A stretch of DNA of 64,000 nt from Gemmatimonadaceae bacterium (lineage in GTDB: Bacteria; Gemmatimonadota; Gemmatimonadetes; Gemmatimonadales; Gemmatimonadaceae). Both the position numbers and the translations under genes were made by a program. The notes under the pieces are model-generated. The model was not told where the DNA came from. It did no database searches and saw only the letters and a program-made list of their open reading frames with translations. Positions 20,212 to 29,406 of this stretch are shown here, one piece after another (within the stretch, counting starts at the first letter, position 1; every line of letters begins with the position of its first letter). The stretch covers positions 192,001 through 256,000 of the forward strand of contig JBHYGA010000005.1 in NCBI GenBank assembly GCA_051859245.1, in the 5' to 3' direction.

Positions 20212-20435
20212 ACGCAAGTGTTTCTCACGGGAGGCGCCGACGGCGATCCCCGCGGATCACGGCGCCAACGCTTGTAGCAGCGGGGGCGCGCAGGTGATCT
20301 TCCACTCAGCCAGCAGAACGCACGTGCCAGTCGCCACGTGCCCTGACGTTCTCGTCTGCCGAACCCTTTGCACCTCGTCGTGAACTCTCAGACCGACTTT
20401 TGCTGCCCTACGGCGGCCTTCGTGAGCGCCGGCCA

Positions 20436-20858
20436 ATGACCGCGCCTGTGTCCGCCGACAATCGACGTCCCGTAACCGAAACGGCCGAACGCTTCCTGCG
20501 TGCCATCGTGGCCGAGGTGCCGGTCGCTCGCATCGCCGAACTGCATCTGTTCACCGCGCTGCGACAGGGTGTGTACGAAACCGGAGTGGCCGTGATCGCC
20601 GTGTGGCCAGAAGTGGGCGAACGCACGGAAGACGCCCGGCATACGGTGTACACAGCGCGGTATCGCCTGGTGGTGAAGGGGCCTGATCGTGGTCGCTGGG
20701 AGTTCGAGTGCGTGGCCGAAGCGGACGCGCCGCTGATCACCGTGGAAACCGTGGTGCGTGGTGTGCAGCGTCGCAGTGGCGACCTGGATGATCCCATGCG
20801 GTACGATGCGAACGCGCTCACGCACGTGTTGCATCTGGACGTCGCGGAACCGGCATGA
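20436..20858 (+). CDS. Hypothetical protein
   Basis: ORF with host-like codon usage; stop overlaps the fur start (ATGA). Confidence 0.75.
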   Translation: MTAPVSADNRRPVTETAERFLRAIVAEVPVARIAELHLFTALRQGVYETGVAVIAVWPEVGERTEDARHTVYTARYRLVVKGPDRGRWEFECVAEADAPLITVETVVRGVQRRSGDLDDPMRYDANALTHVLHLDVAEPA

Positions 20859-21343
20859 CATCAGCGCCGATGGTGGGCACGTCGCGCACGGCGCAGCAGG
20901 GACGGGAAGGGTTCCGTTCGTGGCTACGTGAGCACAACCTGCCCGTCACCGCGCAACGTTTGGCGATCGCCGAAGTGGTGATCGGATCAGCGCAGCATCT
21001 TTCGGCTGAAGAAGTGGCGCAGCACTTGTCGTCGCACGGCGACAAAGCGGGCACCGCAACGGTGTATCGCACGCTCGATCTGCTGGTGCGCAGCGGACTC
21101 GTGGTGGAGCGCGATTTTGGGGAAGGCTTCAGACGGTTTGAAGCGGCGCGTGATGTGCCGCATCATGAACATCTGTTGTGCACGGTGTGCGGCGCGGTGG
21201 AAGAGTTTCGCGACGAACGGCTGGAACGCATGACCACCATTATTGCTGAAGCGCATGACTTTGCGCGGCATCGCCATCGCCTGGTGATTCAGGGCGTGTG
21301 CGGGGCCTGTCGTCGAGGCACGCGTACCACGCCTGAGCGCTGA
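20855..21343 (+). CDS. fur: Fur-family transcriptional regulator
   Basis: TAQR, HLSAEEV, ATVYRTLDLL, HHEHLLCTVCG, C-terminal CGAC. Confidence 0.93.
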   Translation: MTSAPMVGTSRTAQQGREGFRSWLREHNLPVTAQRLAIAEVVIGSAQHLSAEEVAQHLSSHGDKAGTATVYRTLDLLVRSGLVVERDFGEGFRRFEAARDVPHHEHLLCTVCGAVEEFRDERLERMTTIIAEAHDFARHRHRLVIQGVCGACRRGTRTTPER

Positions 21344-21371
21344 TCGCGTTCGGCAAACCTGACGATACAAC

Positions 21372-22094
21372 ATGGAACCAACCCTTGGCCTCGCGATCGC
21401 GTTTACCGCGGGCTTGCTGAGTTTCCTCTCGCCTTGCGTGCTGCCGCTCATTCCGAGCTACATCACGTTCATCACGGGCATGGGGTTTGAAGACGTTACG
21501 CGGTCACGGCGCACCACGCTCACGCACGCGGTGCTGTTTGTCTTCGGCTTCTCACTCATTTTCATCGCGCTCGGCGCCAGTGCTACGGCGCTCGGCAACT
21601 TGCTGCTTGGTTATCGCGACTGGATCACGCGCATTGGTGGTGTGCTGGTGATCATCTTCGGGTTGTACATGCTCGGTGTGCTGAACATCGGGATGATGTC
21701 CAAAGACACGCGCATGCATTTGTCGGACAAACCCGTTGGCTATCTCGGCACCGTGATTGTTGGCATCGCATTCGGCGCGGGGTGGACACCGTGCATTGGT
21801 CCGATCCTCGGCGCGATTCTTACGTACGCGGGCACGAGTGGCAACGTATCGCATGGCATGGGGCTGCTCGCCACGTATTCCCTTGGCCTCGCCGTTCCGT
21901 TCCTGTTGAGCGCGCTGCTCATGGAACGATTCCTCGGCGCGTTCCAGAAGTTTCGCCGGCATATGGGGCTCGTGAACAAGATCAGTGGTGTGCTGCTGAT
22001 CATCGTGGGCGTGTTGATGCTCACGAACTGGTTTACGATGCTGGCCGGGTATCTGGATCAGTTCACGCCGGATTTCTTGCGGGATCGGCTCTAG
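21372..22094 (+). CDS. ccdA: Cytochrome c biogenesis protein CcdA
   Basis: AGLLSFLSPCVLPLIP and WTPCIGPILG motifs; about six TM segments. Confidence 0.94.
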   Translation: MEPTLGLAIAFTAGLLSFLSPCVLPLIPSYITFITGMGFEDVTRSRRTTLTHAVLFVFGFSLIFIALGASATALGNLLLGYRDWITRIGGVLVIIFGLYMLGVLNIGMMSKDTRMHLSDKPVGYLGTVIVGIAFGAGWTPCIGPILGAILTYAGTSGNVSHGMGLLATYSLGLAVPFLLSALLMERFLGAFQKFRRHMGLVNKISGVLLIIVGVLMLTNWFTMLAGYLDQFTPDFLRDRL

Positions 22095-22312
22095 CGCACT
22101 CCGCCAGCGGTGGTGCACTGGCAGAGATCGGAACTGCAGTCAACACAGAGACGCAGAGGCGCGGAGACAACACGTTGCGACAGACGACGTCACCACGGCG
22201 CAAAGCAGTTCAATTCAAAAAGATTGTGCCGCGAACTCTCGCTAACATGAGCTTGCCCCGATTTAATGGACACCTTGAGATCCCAGCGTTAGTTCTGGGG
22301 AGGAGGTGTGTG

Positions 22313-22615
22313 ATGAGCAAACGGGGGCAGACGCAGCGACGCTACACGGCCGAGTTTAAAGCGGCGGCCGTGCAGCGCTTACGCGATGAGATGGTGCGAG
22401 GCCGCACGCAGGCCGATGTGGCGGCGGCCTTAGGGGTACCGGCGGGCGTGTTAGGCAAGTGGCGACAGGTGGCCGATGAGCAGCCCGCTGCCGCGCCGAC
22501 TGGCGAGTCGCTGGAGGACGAGGTGCGGCGACTGCGGCGCGAAGTCGAGACGCTGCGGATGGAGCGTGATTTCGCAAAAAAAGCGGCGGCGTACTTCGCG
22601 CGGGAGCTCCCGTGA
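22313..22615 (+). CDS. IS3 transposase OrfA (HTH)
   Basis: GGAGG RBS; RRYTAEFKAAAV...EVRRLRREVETLRMERDFAKKAAAYFA; A7G slippery site at 22576-22583 leading into the orfB (-1) frame. Confidence 0.92.
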   Translation: MSKRGQTQRRYTAEFKAAAVQRLRDEMVRGRTQADVAAALGVPAGVLGKWRQVADEQPAAAPTGESLEDEVRRLRREVETLRMERDFAKKAAAYFARELP

Positions 22616-23208
22616 GCGCGAAGTACGCGTGCCTGACGGCGCATCGCGCCATGTATCCCGTGCGACTGATGTGCCGCGTGCTCGGCGTGAGCGCCGCCGG
22701 TTACTACGCCGCGCAGTCGCGCGCACCGAGCGCACGCGCGAGGCGCGATGTGGATCTCACGACGCACATTGCCGTCGTGCATCAGGCGAGCCGTGGCACG
22801 TATGGCGCGCCGCGCATTCACGCGGCGCTGCAGCAGGCGGGGGAACGCATCAGTCGCAAACGCGTCGCGCGCTTAATGGACGCGGCCGCGCTGTGTGGGC
22901 GCACGCGGCGGCGCGGACGGCCCCGCAGCAGCAGTGATCCCGAGGCACCGGTGCGCAATGTGCTCGCGCGCGCCTTTGCGCCGTCGGCGGCGCTGAACAC
23001 CGCGTGGGCAGCCGACATCACCTACGTGCCGTACGCGGGCGGCATGGCGTACCTGGCCGTCGTGCTCGATCTCGCGTCGCGCGCGGTGATTGGCTGGGCG
23101 CTCGAGGGTCACCTCACGACGCCACTGCCCGAAGCGGCGCTGCACCAGGCACTCCTCACGCGCCGTCGCAGGGGACCGACGCTGCATCACTCCGATCGCG
23201 GTACGCAA

Positions 23209-24674
23209 CCCGAATTCAACCAGTCGTCGCAACACTAAGGTTCTGTAGAAGATTGTAGCAGGATGTTCAGTGCTTCCGCTGGGGTGCGCCACTGCAGTGT
23301 TTTTCGTGGTCGTGTGTTGAGCGTGTGCGCAATCGCATCTAACTCATCGCGCGTCACGCCGCTCATGTCCGTGCCTTTCGGAAAATACTGTCGCAACAAC
23401 CCGTTCGTGTTTTCATTGGTGGCGCGTTGCCATGGACTATGCGGATCACAGAAGTAGATCTGCAGGCCGGCATCGATGCGCAGCTGGACATGCTGGGCCA
23501 TCTCCGCGCCTTGATCCCACGTGAGGGATTGGCGGAGATGCGCAGGGATGGTCGCGATCGTCCGCACAATCGCATCGCGCACCGCTTCGGCGCCATGTCC
23601 GGCGAGCGCCAAGCCATTCTTCGCTCGCGATTGGTGTGCACGCTCCGGCATTGGCGGAAGATGCAAGAGCAGCGTGAATCGCGTGGTGCGTTCCACCAAT
23701 GTCCCGATGGCCGAGCTGTGCAAGCCGAGTATGAGATCGCCCTCCCAATGCCCGGGCACCGCGCGGTCTTCGACTTCCGGCGGCCGCGCGCTGATCAACA
23801 CGTCGGGCGTGACGAACCCCTTTCCACGTCCGATCGTGCGTGCGCGTGGGACGCGCAACGCGCGTCCGGTGCGCAAACACGCGCTCAGCTCGCGACGCAG
23901 CGCGCCACGGCCTTGCACGTACAACGCCTGGTAGATGGCCTCGTGACTGATGCGCATGGTCGGGTCGTCGGGAAAGTCGAGCAGGAGTCGTTGTGCAATC
24001 TGTTCCGGACTCCACGCGCGTGCCCAGCGTCGCGCTTGTCGTGGACCATGTCGGCGTCCCTTCCAGGGTGCGACCGACGGCCCGGCGATGGGCGTGCCTC
24101 GCGGCGTTTGGATCGCGCCGGCGAGGCGCTCTGCGACATATATGCGCAGTCGCTCGTGCGTGGCGAGCTTCGCCGCCTTCGGACGCAAGGCCGCCCGATC
24201 CGCATGCCACTGCGCGATCGTCGCCCGATACACAAAATCGCCACTGCGCGTCGAGGCATTCCGTCGCAACTCGCGGGAAATGGTCGAGGGGGCACGCGCG
24301 AGACGGCGCGCGATGTCGCGTACGCCGAGGCCCTGGGCCCGGTAAAGCGCCAGTGCTTCCCGCTCAGTGAGCGAGAGGTATCGCGCGGACGGCGCTGGGG
24401 TCGTGGGTCGCAAATGAGAGGGAGGCATGCCTCCACAATGGCGAAACCAGCGCGAGCCCACCGGCGCAGAGACCCCTGCCGCTTCCGCGGCGTCTTCGCT
24501 CGACAGGCCACGCGCAATGGCGATCCAGAAGGGACGCCGCGCGGACTTTGACAGCACCGGCGGTCGGCCAGGTGACGCCAGTTTCTTGCGTGTCGAACGA
24601 CTCGATTTTCGCTTGCCCGTTTTTGACATCGTCCACCTCGCTCAGAGGTGTTGCGACGACCGATTGAATCCACC
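23209..24674 (-). mobile_element. IS30-family element inserted in IS3 orfB
   Basis: Imperfect IRs (CCCGAATTCAACCAGTCGTCGCAACACT / GGTGTTGCGACGACCGATTGAATCCACC); 3-bp duplication CAA at 23206-08 and 24675-77. Confidence 0.93.
23235..24629 (-). CDS. IS30-family transposase
   Basis: RAPSTISRELRRN, WSPEQI, SHEAIYQ, PGHWEGDL, TWDQGAEM, PHSPWQRATNENTNGLLRQYFPKG, LNTRPRKTL. Confidence 0.96.
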   Translation of the reverse strand: MSKTGKRKSSRSTRKKLASPGRPPVLSKSARRPFWIAIARGLSSEDAAEAAGVSAPVGSRWFRHCGGMPPSHLRPTTPAPSARYLSLTEREALALYRAQGLGVRDIARRLARAPSTISRELRRNASTRSGDFVYRATIAQWHADRAALRPKAAKLATHERLRIYVAERLAGAIQTPRGTPIAGPSVAPWKGRRHGPRQARRWARAWSPEQIAQRLLLDFPDDPTMRISHEAIYQALYVQGRGALRRELSACLRTGRALRVPRARTIGRGKGFVTPDVLISARPPEVEDRAVPGHWEGDLILGLHSSAIGTLVERTTRFTLLLHLPPMPERAHQSRAKNGLALAGHGAEAVRDAIVRTIATIPAHLRQSLTWDQGAEMAQHVQLRIDAGLQIYFCDPHSPWQRATNENTNGLLRQYFPKGTDMSGVTRDELDAIAHTLNTRPRKTLQWRTPAEALNILLQSSTEP

Positions 24675-25031
24675 CAATACGTCAGTCACGCCTATCAAAC
24701 CGCACTCGTCGCCGCGGGGCTGACGCCAAGCCTCAGTGCGACCGGTGACTGCTACGACAACGCGGTCGTCGAAAGTTTTTTCAGCACGCTGAAGTGTGAG
24801 TGCGATTTCGCGCACTGCACGTCGATGCGGGCGCTGCGCACCGTCGTCGCGCACTACATTGACGGCTGGTACAACCCGCACCGACTGCACTCCAGTCTGC
24901 ACTATCAATCACCCATGCAGTACGAGGCGCGGCTCCGTCATTCCGATCGGGCCGCTTAACCCCGGTGTCCACTAAACCGGGGCAACCTCAACATGTAGTC
25001 TCTGCGGCTCTGCGTCTCTGCGTTCATGCAG

Positions 25032-25685
25032 TTACACGATGAACGGTCCTACAATCGCCGTGACCTGCTGCAACGTCAACGGCTCATCAAACGCCTCAGT
25101 CGCTGATGCCGCACCACCAAACATGGCGGCCATCGGCAACGTGGTGATGTTCACGCCGCCCTGCGTGAGATTGTCTTCGCCGTCGTAGATTCCCTGCGTA
25201 AACGCCGGCAGATCTTCGCGGCTGTTCCCCATCACCCACCCCTTCTTGCCACGCATGCGTCGCACCTGCGCCGCGTGACGTGCTTCGACGGAGTGAATGG
25301 ACAACGCCGCCGTGAGCGCCGCCTTGTCGTTGATGAGTCGCGCGGCCTGCCCCTTGTACGCACGCACACCCGTGTCTTCAAAGGCCATCGCCAGCGCCTT
25401 GAACGTCTCGTACTGCGATGCCCCGAAGTTGAAGCCCGGGAGTGCTCCACCGGCCGTGAAGTCGAACGTCGGCTTCGTGATCGGCGTGTTGCCCGACGCG
25501 GTGATCAGCGCACGCAGCGTGCTCACATGCACCGCTTCGTGCTCGGCGATCAAACCGAACACTGCACGATCGGCCGTTGGAATCAAACCCGGCGCCGCCA
25601 TGCCGCGCGCGTAAAAGTCGGCTTCGAGATATTCGAGCAGGAGGGCGAACTGAAGCACCTCAAGCGTCACAGATTGTTGTTGCAT
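25032..25685 (-). CDS. Ferritin-like (Ferritin_2-type) protein without a signal peptide
   Basis: LQFALLLEYLEADFY, EHEAVH, FEDTGVRAYKG, SVEARHA; AGGAGA RBS. Confidence 0.88.
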   Translation of the reverse strand: MQQQSVTLEVLQFALLLEYLEADFYARGMAAPGLIPTADRAVFGLIAEHEAVHVSTLRALITASGNTPITKPTFDFTAGGALPGFNFGASQYETFKALAMAFEDTGVRAYKGQAARLINDKAALTAALSIHSVEARHAAQVRRMRGKKGWVMGNSREDLPAFTQGIYDGEDNLTQGGVNITTLPMAAMFGGAASATEAFDEPLTLQQVTAIVGPFIV

Positions 25686-25696
25686 GAGTGTTCTCC

Positions 25697-26440
25697 TCAG
25701 CCGTTGTTATTGGGGCCCTGCACGAACGACGACGGCGCGTTGGCCAGCGTCAGCTGCTGCGTCACGAAGCCTTGCGCCGCGGTACCAACCTTCGCGGGAC
25801 GGAAGACATCGTCGAACGCATTCGGCGCGAAGGCCGTGGTGTTCGGCGCCAACAGGTCGCGAATCGCCGACGCGTGACGCGCCTCGACGGACACGATCTT
25901 GCCGGCGAGCGTGAGCGTGCCCGGATCGCTGATGTACTGCGCCGCACCGTTGTACGCGGCCACACCGAGATCTTCAAACCCGCGCGCCGCTTCAAGAATC
26001 GACTGACGATTGCTGAAGTTCACGCCAGGATACACGGCACTGATCGTAAAGTCGTTCGATGGGCCGAGTGCGGCCTTGAACAGTTCACGATGCAACACTT
26101 CGTGGTTGCGCAGGTCCACCATCACGGCCTGTTCGGCCATGCTGAGCCCCGAGCTGCTCAGGCCGTTCACGACGCGAATGTAGAAATCGGCTTCGAGCTG
26201 CTCGAGGGCGTACGCGAACTGCAGAATGGCAATATCACCGCGGGCAAAATCAATCGTGAGCGGTGAACCGGTGCCGGGCTCGCCCGGACCAACAACGTTG
26301 TCGTCGCTGCAACCGGCAAGCATGGACGGCAGCAGCATCGCCACTCCGCCTGCGGCCATGAGTTTGAACATTTCGCGTCGCGTGCGGTGCGACGTGAGCA
26401 GTCCGCCATCGCCTACGACGAGGGTGGGACGTTCTGACAT
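25697..26440 (-). CDS. Ferritin-like (Ferritin_2-type) Tat lipoprotein
   Basis: TRREMFK twin-arginine motif and LAGC lipobox; FAYALEQLEADFY, NHEVLH, FEDLGVAAYNG, SVEARHA; GAGGA RBS before ATG 26440. Confidence 0.88.
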   Translation of the reverse strand: MSERPTLVVGDGGLLTSHRTRREMFKLMAAGGVAMLLPSMLAGCSDDNVVGPGEPGTGSPLTIDFARGDIAILQFAYALEQLEADFYIRVVNGLSSSGLSMAEQAVMVDLRNHEVLHRELFKAALGPSNDFTISAVYPGVNFSNRQSILEAARGFEDLGVAAYNGAAQYISDPGTLTLAGKIVSVEARHASAIRDLLAPNTTAFAPNAFDDVFRPAKVGTAAQGFVTQQLTLANAPSSFVQGPNNNG

Positions 26441-26534
26441 GGAAATCCTCCGGACGCAAATGGTCTCGTGCACACGCTTTCGTGTGCGACGGGTTGCGTA
26501 CGAAGGTCAGATCCAAACTGGATTCATGGTTTGG

Positions 26535-28394
26535 TTACGCGGCCTCAACCTGCTCCAGCAGCTGTTGACGACGCAGCAATTGTGTGTAACGCCCGTCACG
26601 TTTCATCAGCTCGTCGTGTGTGCCCTGTTCCACCACCGCGCCATCATCGAGCACCAGAATCCAGTCTGCATCGCGCACGGCGCTCACACGGTGTGACGCG
26701 ATAATGGCCGTGCGTCCCGACAGTGCGCCGCGCAGTCCGCGCAGAATCGCCGCTTCGGTTTGGGTGTCAACGGCCGACAGCGCGTCGTCGAGCAGTACCA
26801 CACGCGGTGAACGAGCCAGCGCCCGGGCGAGCGCCGTTCGCTGCTTCTGCCCACCAGACAGGTTGATACCACGTTCGCCGAGCGGCGTGGCAAAGCCCTC
26901 AGGCAGCGCCGAGACGGTATCGGCCAGCTGTGCAATCTGCGTGGCTTCTATGACCTCGGGAATCACATCGTCGCCGCGTGGCACCGCGTGTTCGGCGGTG
27001 TGCGTGACCGGCGCGGCTGCATCGACGGCGCCGATGCTCACAAGACGCCGTGCCTGATCGATTCCGTAGGCCACGTTCGTGCCAATCGTTTCGGAGAAGA
27101 GCAGCGTATCCTGCGGTACATATCCGATTTGTTCGCGCAGCGCGGACAGCGGCACGGAAGCGATTGGTACGTTGTCGAGCAACACCTCGCCACGCTGCGG
27201 TTCAAACAAACGCGGAATCAGATCGAGCAAGGCGCTTTTGCCGCTACCGGTGGCGCCAACAATCGCCAGCGTCTGACCTGCGCGCACCGTGAACGAGACA
27301 TCGCGCAGCACCCAACGTGGTTCGGCGGCAGCGTCCGGATACGCGAACCACACATTGCGAAACGTGATCGCGCGTCCGCCCGCGGCCGTGGGCAACGCGG
27401 CCGTTCCAGTGTCGTGCACCTGCAAAGGTTTCGCGTCAAGCAACTCCATCACACGCCCCATCGATGCGGCGCCGCGCTGAAAGAGATTGATCGTCCAGCC
27501 GAGCGCAATCAGCGGCCACGTGAGCATGGCGAGATAGATGCCAAACGCAACGAAGCCGCCCACGGTGAGCGTGCCGTCAATCAACTGATGTCCGCCGAGT
27601 CCCACGGTGATGGCACCACCCAATCCCGCCAGCAGTGCGAACCCGGGGTTCATCAAACCATTCAATTTGGCGAGGCGAAGATTGCGCTCGAGATATTCTT
27701 CGCCTGCTGCGGCAAAGCGTGCAATCTCCGCGTCTTCCTGCTGATACGCACGCACAATGCGCACGCCCGACAAGTTCTCCTGCGCACGCACCGACAGTGC
27801 ACTGAACTGTTCTTGCACGGCTTCAAAGCGCTGATGTACCGCGCGCCCAAGTTTGATCATCAGGAATGGCAATCCAATCATGGGCAGCAGCGCTGCACCC
27901 GTGAGCGACGGGCTGATTTGCACCATCATGATGAGCGCGAACAGCGCGCCAAAAATCGTGTTCACGAAATACATGATGGCCGGCCCGGTGGCCATGCGTA
28001 CCGCTTGCACGTCGTTGGTGAGACGCGCCATTAAATCGCCCGTGCGCATGCGACCAAACCAGGCCGCGTCGAGCAGCAATAACCGGCTCAAAACGTCACG
28101 CCGCAGGTCCGTTTCAATACGTCGACTGATGCTGTTGAGCAGCTCCCGCATGCCAAACCGGAACGCACCCGCCACCAAAGCGGTGATCAGCATCACGGCG
28201 GCGATTGGCCATAAGTCACCAGATTGAGGGGTGCCTTCCATGGCATCGATTGCCCGGCGCAAGAGCGCGGGAATCGAGTTTGCCGCTGCCGACGCCGCGA
28301 CCACGAACACCAGGCCGAGCGTAACGCCCCGTTTGTACGGGCGAAAGTATGGGAGCAGGCGTCGCAGGGCGACGCGGGTTGGCACAGATTGCAC
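26535..28394 (-). CDS. ABC exporter, fused permease/ATPase (MdlA-like); start uncertain
   Basis: TM domain with RTGDLMARLTND; GATGSGKS, LSGGQKQR, LLDDALSAVD. Confidence 0.93.
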   Translation of the reverse strand: MQSVPTRVALRRLLPYFRPYKRGVTLGLVFVVAASAAANSIPALLRRAIDAMEGTPQSGDLWPIAAVMLITALVAGAFRFGMRELLNSISRRIETDLRRDVLSRLLLLDAAWFGRMRTGDLMARLTNDVQAVRMATGPAIMYFVNTIFGALFALIMMVQISPSLTGAALLPMIGLPFLMIKLGRAVHQRFEAVQEQFSALSVRAQENLSGVRIVRAYQQEDAEIARFAAAGEEYLERNLRLAKLNGLMNPGFALLAGLGGAITVGLGGHQLIDGTLTVGGFVAFGIYLAMLTWPLIALGWTINLFQRGAASMGRVMELLDAKPLQVHDTGTAALPTAAGGRAITFRNVWFAYPDAAAEPRWVLRDVSFTVRAGQTLAIVGATGSGKSALLDLIPRLFEPQRGEVLLDNVPIASVPLSALREQIGYVPQDTLLFSETIGTNVAYGIDQARRLVSIGAVDAAAPVTHTAEHAVPRGDDVIPEVIEATQIAQLADTVSALPEGFATPLGERGINLSGGQKQRTALARALARSPRVVLLDDALSAVDTQTEAAILRGLRGALSGRTAIIASHRVSAVRDADWILVLDDGAVVEQGTHDELMKRDGRYTQLLRRQQLLEQVEAA

Positions 28395-28490
28395 CAGTCT
28401 GATGTATGATACAGGGTGGCTCGACGAGTTCTCACGCCGACTGTCGGCGCGAGCGGTGGACTGTCTCACAATACGAAGGAGAATCAGCAC

Positions 28491-29348
28491 ATGCGTGAAT
28501 ATACCCGTGGGAAACGTGGTACCTGGGCGAGCGTTGCGGCCCTGACGCTGGTGCTTGCCACCGCCGCGTGCGGTGGCGACAAGACGAACGACCTGGCGAC
28601 CGACGACGCACTCGGCCGTGATCTCGCGCTCGCGGGTCAGGATTCCGTGCAGCCGCAGTTGCAGGACGTGCCGGTGCAGGAGCCGCCCGCTGTTGCGCCC
28701 GTCACCCCAACGCCGGCACCAGCACCCGCGCCGCGGCCCACTACGCCGCGTCCGCGTCCAACGCCGCCGGTCGCAACCACACCAGCGCCGAAGCCCGCGC
28801 CTGAGCCGGTTGCTCCAAAGGAAGGCGCGATCGCCAGCGGCACGACGATGCGTTTTGTCTCGAACACCAAGGTGTGCTCAGGCGCGCAGAACATTGGCGA
28901 CAAGTTCACGGCACGTTTGAGTGGCGATGTGACCGGTACGAACGGTGCGTCGTTGCCCGCGGGTTCAACCGGCACGTTCGAAGTGGTGTCGGCCAAGCGC
29001 GCGCAGAATCAGAACGACAATACGTACCTCACCGTGCGTCTCGTGTCGGTAACGGTTGATGGCAACGTGTATCCGGTGCAGGCCACCACGGAAACCGCAG
29101 CGACGGAGCGGGTGCGTGGTGCGACCAAGGCAACGGACGCCAAGAAAGTGGCGGGTGGCGCAATCCTTGGTGCCATCGCCGGTCAGATTCTCGGTAAGGA
29201 CACCAAGAGCACGGTCGTTGGTGCCGCCGCTGGTGCCGCAGCCGGTACGGCTGCCGCCGTTGGTACCGCCGACTTTGATACTTGTCTGAACTCGGGCGCA
29301 CTGGTCACCGTGCAGCTTGATCAGCCGGTCACGGTCAAAATCGGCTAA
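28491..29348 (+). CDS. Lipoprotein with a Pro-rich linker and glycine-zipper motif
   Basis: AAGGAG RBS; TAAC lipobox; P/T-rich stretch; GGAILGAIAGQILG..GAAAGAAAG. Confidence 0.82.
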   Translation: MREYTRGKRGTWASVAALTLVLATAACGGDKTNDLATDDALGRDLALAGQDSVQPQLQDVPVQEPPAVAPVTPTPAPAPAPRPTTPRPRPTPPVATTPAPKPAPEPVAPKEGAIASGTTMRFVSNTKVCSGAQNIGDKFTARLSGDVTGTNGASLPAGSTGTFEVVSAKRAQNQNDNTYLTVRLVSVTVDGNVYPVQATTETAATERVRGATKATDAKKVAGGAILGAIAGQILGKDTKSTVVGAAAGAAAGTAAAVGTADFDTCLNSGALVTVQLDQPVTVKIG

Positions 29349-29362
29349 CGCCGCTCTCTGTT

Positions 29363-29406
29363 AAAGAAGCCCCGACCATCTCCAATGATGGTCGGGGCTT
29401 TTTTTC
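29363..29406 (+). terminator. Rho-independent terminator, probably bidirectional
   Basis: 14-bp stem AAGCCCCGACCATC / GATGGTCGGGGCTT followed by a T run, with an A-rich 5' side. Confidence 0.85.

Larger units (their letters stand above)
22612..24959 (+). pseudogene. IS3 OrfB (DDE) split by the IS30; segments 22612-23208 and 24678-24959
   Basis: WAADITY..YLAVVLDL..HHSDRGTQ | YVSHAYQ..GDCYDNAVVESFFSTLK..YNPHRLHSSL; removing the IS30 and one CAA restores a 292-aa frame. Confidence 0.92.
22248..24990 (+). mobile_element. IS3-family element, complete but interrupted by an IS30
   Basis: TG...CA ends with imperfect IRs (TGAGCTTGCCCCGATTTAATGGACACC / GGTGTCCACTAAACCGGGGCAACCTCA); 3-bp target duplication ACA at 22245-47 and 24991-93; orfA/orfB organisation. 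Confidence 0.95.
22132..25033. repeat. Imperfect ~49-bp inverted repeat (REP/MITE-like, ~155 bp before insertion) whose right arm is split by the IS3
   Basis: Left arm 22132-22180 is AACTGCAGTCAACACAGAGACGCAGAGGCGCGGAGACAACACGTTGCGA. The rejoined right arm (22239-22247 + 24994-25033), reverse-complemented, is AACTGCATGAACGCAGAGACGCAGAGCCGCAGAGACTACATGTTAGCGA. About 41 of 50 positions match. Confidence 0.7.

Noticed and set aside
20355..20400. Glycine riboswitch-like words (GCCGAA...GAACTCTCAG)
   Set aside because: The GGAGA 5' element, the GAAGG and CAGG cores and a relevant downstream gene are all missing.
21782..22615. 277-aa ORF as a long transposase
   Set aside because: The N-terminal part overlaps ccdA and lies outside the IS end; the real OrfA starts at 22313.
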